64,000 nucleotides of DNA from an uncultured Acidobacteriaceae bacterium (GTDB lineage Bacteria > Acidobacteriota > Terriglobia > Terriglobales > Acidobacteriaceae), in the NCBI GenBank assembly GCA_963796015.1, contig CAWCJR010000002.1, positions 21,657 to 85,656 on the forward strand, written 5' to 3'. How positions within the stretch are numbered: the stretch's first letter is position 1; each line of letters starts with the position of its first letter. A model generated the notes under the pieces. It did not search any database. It was not told where the DNA came from and was given only the letters and a program-made list of their open reading frames with translations. Shown piece by piece: positions 1 through 9,739 of the stretch. The position numbers were made by a program, and so were the translations under genes.

Positions 1-216
1 GTCTTCTTCGCGGGGGGCCGGTGGAGATTCAATCTCGATGCTTTTCGCGATTTCAGCAGGGACGGCATGGAGAGAAAAACGAGCGCTGCCAGTCTCGAAG
101 GTAGCCCACGTATCGGTCGAGCCCTGATTGTTGGAATTGGCGCCAAGCATCTCGCCATAAAAATGCTTCATGCGCTCCAGATCTTTTACATAGAGGATCG
201 CGCTGCGCAGTTGCAT
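1..216 (-). CDS. VOC (glyoxalase/bleomycin-resistance/dioxygenase) family protein, 5' part only; gene runs off the left edge
   Basis: Not in the ORF track because it is open at the window edge. Reverse-strand ATG at 216..214. My translation is MQLRSAILYVKDLERMKHFYGEMLGANSNNQGSTDTWATFETGSARFSLHAVPAEIAKS..., which has the typical N-terminal beta-alpha-beta start of VOC proteins. Confidence 0.5.
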   Translation of the reverse strand, partial: MQLRSAILYVKDLERMKHFYGEMLGANSNNQGSTDTWATFETGSARFSLHAVPAEIAKSIEIESPPAPREED

Positions 217-418
217 ATTCCGTGATGATATCTCAAATGCAATCCGCTCAGCCCGTCCTGATGTCCAGCCGCACGCGCTAGCCAAATGAAAACTGCTCGG
301 TTTCTAGGGGTTGTCGCCAATCCGGGAGTTGGCCGCCGTTGTCCTCAATAAAAGTCTATAAATCGCCTATCACCTGTTGCTCCGTTCTCGTTTGGAGTAA
401 TAATAAGTCCTTACTTTC

Positions 419-838
419 TTGCCGGTGCTGGTTATGATTCGAATTGCGCGGACGATGCCCATGGTTCTGTGCTTGGCGTCAGTTGTCGGTTCAGGCCAGG
501 ACAATCCCACCCCCAATCAGTCGCCGACTGTTTATAAGGTTTGTAGTGAGACGCAGCCGCAACCCTGTGCGACGAGGCCGCAGGTGATCAATGACCCCTC
601 GCCAGAATACTCGGACAAAGCGCGGCGGAAGAGAGTGCAAGGGACAACTGAATTGAGTTTAACCGTAGGCTCGGACGGACGCACACACGACATAAAAGTT
701 GTGAAAAGATTAGGGTACGGCCTAGACGAAAAGGCTGTCGAGGCCGTGGCGATGTGGACGTTCGATCCAGGCAGGAAGGATGATAAGCCCGTCCCGGTAC
801 TCATAGATGTAACAGTTACTTTCAATTTGTACGATTAA
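419..838 (+). CDS. TonB C-terminal-domain protein (small, secreted)
   Basis: 139-aa ORF with a hydrophobic N-terminus. The C-terminal ~80 aa (PEYSDKARRKRVQGTTELSLTVGSDGRTHDIKVVKRLGYGLDEKAVEAVAMWTFDPG) match the TonB_C fold signature. Start is uncertain: TTG at 419 or ATG at 434. Confidence 0.7.
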   Translation: MPVLVMIRIARTMPMVLCLASVVGSGQDNPTPNQSPTVYKVCSETQPQPCATRPQVINDPSPEYSDKARRKRVQGTTELSLTVGSDGRTHDIKVVKRLGYGLDEKAVEAVAMWTFDPGRKDDKPVPVLIDVTVTFNLYD

Positions 839-844
839 GAAGAT

Positions 845-939
845 GGATGACCCGCCTTTGCGTTTTTTGTAAGGGTGGGATCAGACCGACTGCGTCGGGG
901 TTTTCATTATGCTTGTGCAATGACTGATTTCAAATCCGC
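845..939 (+). repeat. REP-like intergenic element, copy A
   Basis: Begins 7 nt after the TAA stop at 838. Contains the wobble hairpin cccgcctttgcg-ttttttg-taagggtggg followed by agaccg...ttcattatgcttgtgcaatga..aaatccgc. By eye it is ~75-80% identical to 2658..2758. Confidence 0.65.
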
Positions 940-1172
940 CCATTCTCCCGCATAGAATCCACAAGCTCCTTTGCTTCGCCTACGCTGCAGCCATAGAGTT
1001 TGCGGGCGGCGTACGTGGCTGTGATGGTCTGGCCGCGAGTGACGAGTTCGCGGAGTCGCTTCTGTTGGTCTTCGCGGTTGAGCGATTCCAGGTGCGTGAA
1101 GTTCTGTGTTAAAGAAACGGGATCGGCATGACCGCCATTCCACCAACCACTGGGGAAAAGCTGCCGATGCCG

Positions 1173-1688
1173 CTAGTTTGGATCTGCCACCGCCACTCCG
1201 TTGCTCATGAGTCCATCGGAACAGGTGGACCCTATCTTCATCGGACTGTGGTTGGGGAGTGTCTGAGTTCGGCCCCGCAGAGGACCACGAGTGAATCGGC
1301 AGGAGTGACTGGTGCGCTCCGCGGATGTTTCGTCATCCGGATCGCGGACCGTCACTCCGCTGCTTGTGAGCCCATCGGAGCAGCTCGATCCCACTCTTGT
1401 AGCGCTACGATCCAGAAGTGTGTGCGTTTGCCCCTGCAAAGGTCCTACATTGAATTTGCAAGTGTGGCTCATGGGCTGCGCAGCCTCCGGGGTGTCCGGG
1501 TCGGGAACAGCAATACCGGTGCTGGTAAGGCCGTCTGAACAGCTCGAGCCCACCACCGTGGCGTTAAGATTCGGAAACGTGTGGGTTTGACCCTGCAAAG
1601 GGCCTCTCCTGAATTTACAGGTGTGACTCATCTGGTCAGATGCAAAAGCAGCACCCAACAAGAGCGCGCAGAGAGTCAGGTTCTTCAT
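1173..1688 (-). CDS. secreted protein made of three tandem ~50-aa two-cysteine repeats
   Basis: Signal peptide MKNLTLCALLLGAAFA from the internal ATG at 1688. Three repeats of SH(T/S)C(K/R)F..GPL.G(Q/R)T.T.......(V/I)GS(S/T)CSDGL(T/M)S.G(I/V).V.DP(D/N). No family that I can name. Confidence 0.7.
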   Translation of the reverse strand: MKNLTLCALLLGAAFASDQMSHTCKFRRGPLQGQTHTFPNLNATVVGSSCSDGLTSTGIAVPDPDTPEAAQPMSHTCKFNVGPLQGQTHTLLDRSATRVGSSCSDGLTSSGVTVRDPDDETSAERTSHSCRFTRGPLRGRTQTLPNHSPMKIGSTCSDGLMSNGVAVADPN

Positions 1689-1893
1689 TAACGCGAAGCT
1701 GAAAATAGCGACGGGCCTATATGGCACAATTCCTCCTGGATACGGCGCAGCGGTTTTCTGGACTCTGGACTAAGGATATGGGACCAGGGTTCTCGCGAGG
1801 GAGCCAAAAACGAGCGTTCAACTGACGTTAGTAATCGTCAGTCTTCATTAATAATGATGGGTCGAGCGAACTGTTGAATCGGAGGATCGAAGA

Positions 1894-2637
1894 ATGTCTC
1901 ATATCCGCATCGCGCTCGTCGGTGACTACAATGCATCCTCGACGGCACACATTACGATTTCCCCGGCGCTGGAACTTGCCGGCAAGGCATCGAACGTGGA
2001 TGTCAAACCGGTGTGGATACATACATCGAAGCTGACTACAAAAGAAGAGATACGATCATTGCATTCCTACGAAGGAATATGGTGTGTACCCGGCCCTCCC
2101 TATGCGAACGCAGAAGGCGCAATCTCTGCGATATCGCTGGCCCGCACAGAAGGAATCCCATTCTTAGGCACGTGTGCCGGCTTTCAGCACGCACTAATCG
2201 AGTATTTCAGGAACGTGATCGGTACGAGCAACACAGCACACGCCGAGTCAAGTCCGGAAGTGGAGCACCCCCTGATTTCCAAGCTCTCCTGCTCTCTTGT
2301 GGACGTCAATGAGACAGTTCGGCTCGTTGCCGGCTCGCTGAGTCAACGACTCTACGGGAAAGATCGCGTGGAGGAAGGTTATCGTTGCAACTATGGACTA
2401 AATCCCGAGTTCGCGCCGTTGCTTCAAGATCGAACTGACATTCGAATCGAGGGCACTGACGACACTGGCGAGGTCAGAATTATTCGTTTGCAGAACCATC
2501 CATTCTTTATGGGAACTTTGTTTCAACCCCAACGTTCCGCGCTCAAGGGTCTCGTTCACCCGCTGATCCGTGAATTCGTGTCCGTGAGCGCCCAACGTGG
2601 TCATCGAGCGTCCGACGCTGAGCAAATCGCCAACTAA
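1894..2637 (+). CDS. class-I glutamine amidotransferase-like protein related to the CTP synthase C-terminal domain
   Basis: 247 aa. IALVGDY...IPFLGTCAGFQHALIEY (nucleophile elbow Gly-x-Cys-x-Gly-x-Gln) and HPFFMGTLFQPQ near the C-terminus (His/Glu region), as in PyrG GATase domains. No synthetase domain is present. Confidence 0.75.
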   Translation: MSHIRIALVGDYNASSTAHITISPALELAGKASNVDVKPVWIHTSKLTTKEEIRSLHSYEGIWCVPGPPYANAEGAISAISLARTEGIPFLGTCAGFQHALIEYFRNVIGTSNTAHAESSPEVEHPLISKLSCSLVDVNETVRLVAGSLSQRLYGKDRVEEGYRCNYGLNPEFAPLLQDRTDIRIEGTDDTGEVRIIRLQNHPFFMGTLFQPQRSALKGLVHPLIREFVSVSAQRGHRASDAEQIAN

Positions 2638-2657
2638 AGCTGGAAGGAATAGTTCCT

Positions 2658-2758
2658 GGATGACTGGCCCACCGTGCGTTTTTTGCAAAGGCGGGATCTC
2701 AGACCGCAGGTGCTGGGATCTTCATTCTGCTTGCGCAATGATTTGATTTTAAATCCGC
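2658..2758 (+). repeat. REP-like intergenic element, copy B
   Basis: Starts ~20 nt after the TAA stop at 2637. The order ggatga..cccaccgtgcgttttttgcaaaggcggg..agaccg..ttcattctgcttgcgcaatga..aaatccgc is colinear with copy A. Confidence 0.65.
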
Positions 2759-2787
2759 ACAAAGCGTTGTAGCCACTCAGATCGTCG

Positions 2788-2820
2788 CCCCCACCTTCAC
2801 AAAAAATGTAAAGGTGAGCC
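2788..2820. repeat. inverted partial copy of the REP hairpin module
   Basis: cccccaccttcacaaaaaatgtaaaggtgagcc resembles the reverse complement of the hairpin module of copies A and B (cccacccttacaaaaaacgcaaaggcggg). It forms an inverted pair with 2668..2697. Confidence 0.45.
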
Positions 2821-2860
2821 AGCCAGTCTGTGATTTGTCGGACCCAACTCCAATCGCGCT

Positions 2861-3783
2861 ATGAGACAATCTGCCGGGGCGAGTATGCGATGGCGTCAGC
2901 TAATTCGCTGGGTTGTTCTGGTTTCGGCGATCTCAAGCCAAGCCCAGACCGGGGTGGAGAAGCCCCCATCCCCATCGGCGGAGAAACCATCGGTCCAAGT
3001 GTTTCTAACCGCATCGGACAAACATGGTTCGGCTGCAATGCCAGTTCAGTCGGAAATCAGCGTTTCTGTGGATAAACAGCCAGCGCAGATTCGTACGCTG
3101 CGATCTGCGAAGAATGACCCTTTGTTGTTCGCTGTACTGGTTGACACAAGCGCGTCAAGAGCTCACAGTGCGAACCGGATAAAGCAAGCAGCTCTGCAGC
3201 TCTTCCAACGCCTAGCGACCGACGGCAACCAGGGCTACCTTGTACTATTTAACCAGTCCGTTATCATTAGCACGCGACCGCTTCAGGTCCCAGAGGTGAA
3301 GGACCTGCTGGAGAACGCAAAGTTCGGAGGGGAACAGCGGTTTATGATGCAATCGGAAAAACCTGTATTCAGAAGCTAAGCAGATCGGGAAATCTCAATA
3401 CTCCCCGTCGTGCAATTTTTTTGATTTCAGACGGGGATGATAATCAGAGCCACATTACTCAGGCTAACGCTGAAGCAGCCCTTGAGAAGGAGGGGGTAGC
3501 GGTCTTCTCTCTGGTAGTCCCATCAACCCTCCCTTGGCCACAGTCCGCCCCACAGTGGTCGGAGTATTTCTTAAAGAAGATCACCCGGGACACGGGCGGT
3601 CAGGCAATCATGGTCAAGAATCTGGCGGATGACGTCGCGCCTCTACTTTCGGCCGTCGAGGGCCAATGGGCTCTGAGCTTTGTGCCTGCTCAATCGCTCG
3701 GCCAGGGGCTACATTCGCTCGATATAAAGAGCCTGGAGAAAGACGTCCGCATTTCTGGTCCAGCTCACATCTTTGTTCAATAG
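2861..3783 (+). pseudogene. secreted von Willebrand factor A (VWA) domain protein, one frame disruption
   Basis: ORFs 2861..3379 and 3421..3783 belong together. Shifting frame at the G-run 3329..3332 gives ...AKFGGGTAVYDAIGKTCIQKLSRSGNLNTPRRAIFLISDGDDNQS..., which restores the VWA MIDAS-type motifs (VLVDTSAS ... SDGDDN). This looks like a 1-nt deletion in a G homopolymer. Confidence 0.8.
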
Positions 3784-3838
3784 ACTCGCGGCGAAAATTG
3801 TAGACATTCGTTCCGGGACCGGTTGCGATAAGCACCCC

Positions 3839-6800
3839 CTACCAAATCAGCTTCAATCCAAATTGCACTTGCCGCGACGTGGTTGCGGTGCTGGTGATTG
3901 CGCCTGCTGTTCCCGAGACTCCTGAAGGGGTGAACACAATGAGATTCGGCGTATTGAAATTTGCCCGGTTCAGGAGATTAAAAATCTCCGCGCGGAACTG
4001 AAGTCTCATGCGCTCGTAAATCGCGATGTCTTTTAGCGTGGAGAAATCCCATGTCGCGAGACCCGGCCCGATCAATGTATCCCTTCCAAGGTTGCCATAG
4101 AATCCGCTATTCGCCGGCGGTTGCAGGAATGCGTTGGGATTAAACCACTGATTCGGATTGCCGAGTATCACGGGTCCGCTGAAGTTCGGATTCACAAAAG
4201 GGCGCACCGGATTTCTCGTGTCTCCAGTATTCGACGGGTTGTAGCTGAGCTGCGGCGTGAATGGAAACCCGGATTGAAGCGTGACAATGCTGTTCACTGA
4301 GCATCCGCGTGCTAATGTTCCTCGCCAACCTTCGAGTCCGCTTCCAAGCGCCTGCCCGCGCCCGAACGGCAATTCGTAAACAGCACTGATCACCGCCGCG
4401 TTCCGCACGTCATAAGTGGCGAGACCGTAATCGGAGCGCAGGTTGAACGGATTCGATACCAAGCCGGGAGCATTTCCCGCCGCCGTACCATTCAATGAAT
4501 CGCCATCATCGAGCGCCTTTGACCAAGTGTAGGAACCGCGCAGAGACAGACCGTGGCTGAAGCGATGATTCAGGTCCGTCTGAAGCGCGTTGTAATTGCT
4601 GTCGCCGCGTGAAAACCATGTCCAGGTATTCGCCAAGCGTGGGGTTAGCCTTGGGCGTCCCGGCGGGGATGTAGTAGGTCCCGGCGGGGACCGGCGAATT
4701 CGCCAATGCTCCCGGAAACGTACTTGGAAAATTGGCGGGGCATGGAGATGCTGGACAAATTGTAGGAAACGGCTCGTTGGCATCTTCACCAATGATTTCG
4801 TAATACCCGTGCGATCCGACATAGCCGACCGTCAACACCGTGTTTGGCGAGATCTCGCGCTGCAATCTAAGTGACCACGAAATTAAGGTTGGCGTTTTCA
4901 TGTCCGGCTGAACTCCTCCGGCTACGAGAAGCGCCTTGGCGGGCACCGGGGCCGCGGGATTGAGGGGAAGCTGCGATACAGGCAGCGCTGCAATGCTGTA
5001 GGCGGGATTGAACGGCGCGTTCTGATCCGTCCGATAGCCGAGCGCGTCTTGCAAATCGTTGTACATCCCGAAGCCGGCGCGAACTACCGTCTTTGAACCG
5101 AAGGGATTCCACGCGATTCCCACGCGGGGTTGCGGCAGAAACGTCGCGTTATTGGTAGTGAACAGCGAATCCCCGACCCGCGGCTGGCTCGAGATTACGC
5201 CGTTGCTGAATGTGTAGTCGGCGGCGCGACCGTGAGCCTCATTCCAGCCAGTGGTAAATTCATCGCGAAAACCAAGAGACACGGTCAGCCTTGGCGTGAA
5301 ACGAATAACATCTTCGGCGTACCATGCGCCCAGCAAAGACCGCCAGTTCATTTCTGTTGGCGCAGGATCGTAGAGAAAACTCGAAGTGGTTCCTTGCAGG
5401 AATGTTTGCAGGCTGGCGAAAGTTGCCTGGCCAAACTGGCTCAGCGCTATGGTCTCGTTCGATTGAAAGGGCTGTAACCAGGCCCCAATGCTGAATTGGT
5501 GGCGCCCGCGCGTAAGTGTAGCGCGGTCTTCGAACGTGAAGAGATTTCTGGCGATTCGCAAGTCGCTTCCGTTATTACTTCCCGCCAGCCCGACCTGGGC
5601 CTGCGGATTGGACGCCGCACTGCCACCAACAACCACCGCGCCTACGGGATGCCCAAGCAGGAAACCGGAGACGCTCGATGCCGGAGTGCCCGGAGTTGGT
5701 TCTCCGGTAAAAAAGTACCCTGCACGCGAATATCCCACTCGCGCCACATTTAAAGTGGAAGCTGAAAAAGAGTGCGTCTCCTCCAGCGAGAAAACCTGCT
5801 CCCTCAGGCTCTCAACGTCGCTGCTGTAAGGGTCAAGCGTAGTTGCGGTGAGATCGTCACCGTCATCAACGGTATAAACCGATGCCAGAGAATCTTGCGA
5901 AGAAAAAATGTGGTCCAGCCGGGCGGTGCCAAAATCTTCACGAATGGTTTGCAGAGGACTGCTAAACACTTGTGCGATTCCATTGAAGTCTGGTGCGCCA
6001 GCAGGAGCAGTCGGCCACAAATTAAGAAGCGGGAGAACGCTGGGCACAGCGGCGGCTCGCGAGGCTGCGTCAGGAACGAATGCGGCCGAGGTTTGGTGAA
6101 GATGCTGTCGCAATCCTTCGTAGTTGCCGAACAAAAATGTCTTGTCGGTTTGAATCGGGCCTCCCACAGCCGCACCAAACTGGTTGCGCTGAAATGGAGG
6201 AGCTGAACCCTGGTCGAAGTAGTTTGGGGCATCGAGATCGTTGTTCCGCAGGAACTCATAGGCGGACCCGTGCAGCTGGTTGCTTCCGGACTGCGTCACG
6301 ATAATGACCTGGCCGCCCGGACGCTTTCCGTATTCTGCGCTATACGAGTCGCGCAACACATTGAATTCGCGGACCGCATCTACGCCTAACAACTCCTGGC
6401 TCGTGCCCCCTGGCTGCATGTTATTTTCCGCCGCGCCGGTATATTCGACTCCGTTCAGCAGAAACAGGTTTTGCTGCGGCCGATTTCCGGAGACGGCAAA
6501 ATTATTCCCCGTGGTTGAGTTCGATACGCCGATACCGCCAGTCTTCTCCGCAGTGAAGTTGACCACGCTGGGATTCAAAGTGAGGAGCAGATCATAACTG
6601 CGCCCGTTCAGAGGCAGGTCTCGTACCTGCCGCTCCCCGACCAAGCCAGTAATGTCCTGCGTGGTGGCGTTTACCACTGCCGCGTCCCCGGTGACTTTCA
6701 CTTCTTCGCTCACCGCTCCAAGCTTTAGACCCAAATCAGCGCTCGCATCCTCTCCGACAACCAGGCGAATCCCTGTCCGAATTCCTTCAGCGAAGCCGTC

Positions 6801-7055
6801 TTTCTTGACTTGAACTTCATACTGCCCAACTGGAAGAGCAAACAATTGATATCGTCCAGCCTGACTCGTAACCGTGCGCCGCGAAAGCCCGGTATCAATG
6901 TTCCTCGCCGTAACCGCCGCCCCAGTCACGGCCGCGCCAGACGGGTCCGTAACGGTGCCGGACAAGGTAGCCGACACCTGCGCCGATACAAATGAAGGGC
7001 AGAGACAAACCGATAATATAAAGAGCGAAAAGAATGAAGTTGCAAATTGACGCAT
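3839..7055 (-). pseudogene. CarboxypepD_reg-like + TonB-dependent-receptor-like outer-membrane protein, one frame disruption
   Basis: The N-terminus has a signal peptide followed by TLSGTVTDPSGAAVTGAAVTARNIDTGLSRRTVTSQAGRYQLFALPVGQYEV (CarboxypepD_reg), a plug-like region, and a long beta-rich body ending in QVQFGLKLIW (aromatic C-terminus). ORFs 4506..7055 and 3839..4822 overlap. The frames join around 4630..4645 (..PKANPT|LANTWTWFSRGDSNYNALQ..), consistent with a +1 nt indel. Confidence 0.8.
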
Positions 7056-7243
7056 TACTTCCTCGCGAGTTTTATTTTTGGATGCGAACGTAAAATGTAT
7101 ATTACAGGCGGTTCTTATGTCTAATCGTGTGCGTTTATAGCTGACTTTGTTGTTCGAGAAAATTCTTACGCAATCCGCTGAACACAGGCCCTGATCCAGA
7201 TTTATTGACGGTCACAGGGCTTCGCTGTAGGATTTTGTTCGAA

Positions 7244-7687
7244 ATGGCGGGAAATTCTAAGCGTCAACGCCCAAAAGAAGAAAACGAAGACCTTCTGAAG
7301 CTACGCGAGGCGGCCCTCGAACTCCGCGTCAGCTTCCCTACAATCAAGCAATGGATTTACAAGCGAAAAATTCGCAGCGTCCGCACGGCAGGCGGGCATC
7401 ACCGCATTCCGCAAAGTGAGGTAGACCGGCTGCTATTTCGGACGACAGGCAAAACGGCTCTAGAGCGAGGCCTGGTGAAGCGTCTCGTCAGCGGCAGAAA
7501 TCAACTCGTGGGCCGAGTGGATAGCGTTCGTATAAGCGGGTTGATGGCTGAAATAAAAATTTCGATAGGCGATCAGCAAATCACTTCAATCATTACCGCG
7601 AGTTCGGCGCGCGAAATGAAACTCAAACCAGGTCAGACCGCTGCCGCCCTTATAAAATCCACCGAGGTAATGATTCTGCGTATTTGA
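7244..7687 (+). CDS. HTH (excisionase/MerR-type) + TOBE/Mop molybdate-binding-domain regulator
   Basis: LKLREAALELRVSFPTIKQWIYKRKIRSVRTAGGHHRIPQSEVDRL is an excisionase-family HTH. The C-terminal SGRNQLVGRVDSVRISGLMAEIKISIGDQQITSIITASSAREMKLKPGQTAAALIKSTEVMI is a TOBE/Mop domain. Start is taken at the internal ATG 7244 (MAGNSK). Confidence 0.75.
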   Translation: MAGNSKRQRPKEENEDLLKLREAALELRVSFPTIKQWIYKRKIRSVRTAGGHHRIPQSEVDRLLFRTTGKTALERGLVKRLVSGRNQLVGRVDSVRISGLMAEIKISIGDQQITSIITASSAREMKLKPGQTAAALIKSTEVMILRI

Positions 7688-7871
7688 GACTGGGCCGGAT
7701 GATCCCACTTGAATCCGGATGAATGGCGGGCTGGAGCAACTTGCTGAGATCTTGAAATTACAATCACGTCGAAAACTTCGAGTCGCGTGATAGGAAGATT
7801 CCGCCCCCGGTTAAGCGCTACGGCGCCTTGCTAGTCCGGAAAATGTTCAGAGAATTAACGAGGGCTTCGGC

Positions 7872-8660
7872 TTACTGACTCTCCGTCACCACGCGTCCGT
7901 TAAGCGGCTGAGGCGGCCGGACATCGTGCGGATAAAGTCTGGCGAATGCGCTGATCTCCTCTGCCGAAATGTTCACCGGACTTTTTAGCACGAACCACGT
8001 GACGTTTTCACTGCATGGGGGAGCCGTTAGTGATCCCATATAGGTGTAGTAGGACGTATTTTCGGGCAGCAGATTCGCGGGGTTAACCTCGACTCCGGAA
8101 ATCTCCTGCTCTTTGCCCTCGGTCTTTGGCATATGTTCCCAAAGCTGCTGAATGGTGGCGTTCGCGCTGCCCGCCGTGAGAAGAACCGCGACTGCCGCAA
8201 CCTCCCCGCCGCTGGCTTGGTGCATGAAATGAATCACCATGTCATATGGCTTGCCGTGAACATACTCTTCGCTGGGCCGGTGAAAGTGAAATTGCGTTAG
8301 TTCGTATCGCTTGTCACCCACAATCAGAAAATTTCCATTTCCCCGAGCATAGTTCACCCGGACCGCTGTGTGGCCGTTATTGATAATTTTGAGCGGTCCC
8401 CTCTTATATTCGAATCGTATGGCGGGGAGGTCGGCTTTCTTGGTATTTCGAATGTCTATCGGAGATTGTTCCTTGCCGAGTTTGCACGGAACATACTGCG
8501 GATCAAGGTCACCCCAATGTTCGGGTCCGGTTACCCCTTCGTAACTCCACTGCGTTTTCCAGGCATTTGGGCCATGTTCAACGTCCTCTGCTCGGGGATG
8601 CGCAGGCACCAAAACCATCGTGACCGTCAGCAAAACAAGTATGACCGAATCTTTTCGCAA
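7872..8660 (-). CDS. alpha-class carbonic anhydrase, secreted
   Basis: Signal peptide, then HWGDL...QSPIDI, QFHFHRPSEEYVHGKPYDMVIHFMH (His-x-His plus His zinc ligands), and GSLTAPPCSENVTWFVL. Confidence 0.9.
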   Translation of the reverse strand: MRKDSVILVLLTVTMVLVPAHPRAEDVEHGPNAWKTQWSYEGVTGPEHWGDLDPQYVPCKLGKEQSPIDIRNTKKADLPAIRFEYKRGPLKIINNGHTAVRVNYARGNGNFLIVGDKRYELTQFHFHRPSEEYVHGKPYDMVIHFMHQASGGEVAAVAVLLTAGSANATIQQLWEHMPKTEGKEQEISGVEVNPANLLPENTSYYTYMGSLTAPPCSENVTWFVLKSPVNISAEEISAFARLYPHDVRPPQPLNGRVVTESQ

Positions 8661-8785
8661 ATTTCACCTCGCGCCGATCCATCCTATTTCACAAGCAGAA
8701 CAGGTTGAAACTTACCTTCCGGACTATTAAATCGGTCCCGTGATTTCGGGGACTGGCAAGCACGACCTTTGCAAGCCGGATCACG

Positions 8786-9490
8786 CTAAGACGGCGGGGC
8801 AGAAACCGGGTTCAAGCGGGCCCCGATTTTCTCGAGCAGCAAGGATGCCGCTTCGCCCGCATCGAGCATCGAAAAATCGTCCCCGAGTTCCACAATCGGT
8901 ACTTTGGCGCAAGCCGATTGGAACGCCTCTTGCGTCGCCGCGGATCCTAGCAACCCGCCGCCGACTACCAGCAAACCGGGCGGCGTTACTCGCATCAGCA
9001 GCAGACAGTCGTGCAAATTGTTGCTGGTGTAGGTTTCGTATCCGGCCCGCCGCAATAATTCCCGCAAGTAGGCAAGAACGTCCGCATTGGAATCAACGCA
9101 CAAAACGCTGAGGCCGGAAGTTTTGACCTTCTCCCACGATCCGGTGAGCCGGTAAAAAGCCGCCACCGCCTTCTCCTCTGAATCCTGGGTGTCGAATAGC
9201 TTGTCCAAATGCGTCATCTTCAAAACATTGCTGATGACGACCGGCACATTGCATAACTTCACGTCTCCGTGCAACTGACGAGCGGTCGTCAGCGAACGCA
9301 CCATGGTTCCGAGGCCGCTGCTGTCAACGAAATCTACTTCTTCAAGATTCAGGACGATCGCTTTCCGATCGCGCAGCAGATTCACAATATGAGCGCGCAA
9401 CGACTCCGTTTCAGCGCCCGCAGTGATACGTCCCTTGCAGCGGACAATGGTGACTCGACCAACCTCGCGTGTATCCAGCGCCAGCCGCAT
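8786..9490 (-). CDS. STAS (anti-sigma-factor-antagonist-like) domain fused to a degenerate receiver-like domain
   Basis: The N-terminal half VTIVRCKGRITAGAE...VLNLEEVDFVDSSGLGTMV...KLCNV is SpoIIAA/STAS with a DSSG serine. The C-terminal half LSVLCVDSNADVLAYLRELLRRAGYETY...PGLLVVGGG is CheY-like, but Gly sits where the phospho-acceptor Asp is expected. Confidence 0.65.
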   Translation of the reverse strand: MRLALDTREVGRVTIVRCKGRITAGAETESLRAHIVNLLRDRKAIVLNLEEVDFVDSSGLGTMVRSLTTARQLHGDVKLCNVPVVISNVLKMTHLDKLFDTQDSEEKAVAAFYRLTGSWEKVKTSGLSVLCVDSNADVLAYLRELLRRAGYETYTSNNLHDCLLLMRVTPPGLLVVGGGLLGSAATQEAFQSACAKVPIVELGDDFSMLDAGEAASLLLEKIGARLNPVSAPPS

Positions 9491-9739
9491 TTGGCCTCCA
9501 GTCGAGCAGATACAGAGCTAACAAGTCGGGCACATTATATTCGAGTTTCCGCGAAACCGGGTTAACTGAAATCAAAAACCGGACTAACTGAGATAAAGAC
9601 CGCTGCATTATCGAGGTATGCCTGTTCGGCTCGCGTCAATCGTAGATTGACAAGCCACGGTCTCAGGCATATGGTCGCGCGAGCGCTGAAGATCAAAGTT
9701 GAAGTCAAAAATTCCGGCTCGATCCGTTGAGAGGACACC

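Noticed and set aside
907-1146. ORF-track CDS (79 aa, minus strand) downstream of the repeat protein
   Set aside because: Its translation is Arg/Pro-rich and non-protein-like. A different frame over the same DNA gives a clearly more protein-like sequence (see the finding at 930..1175).
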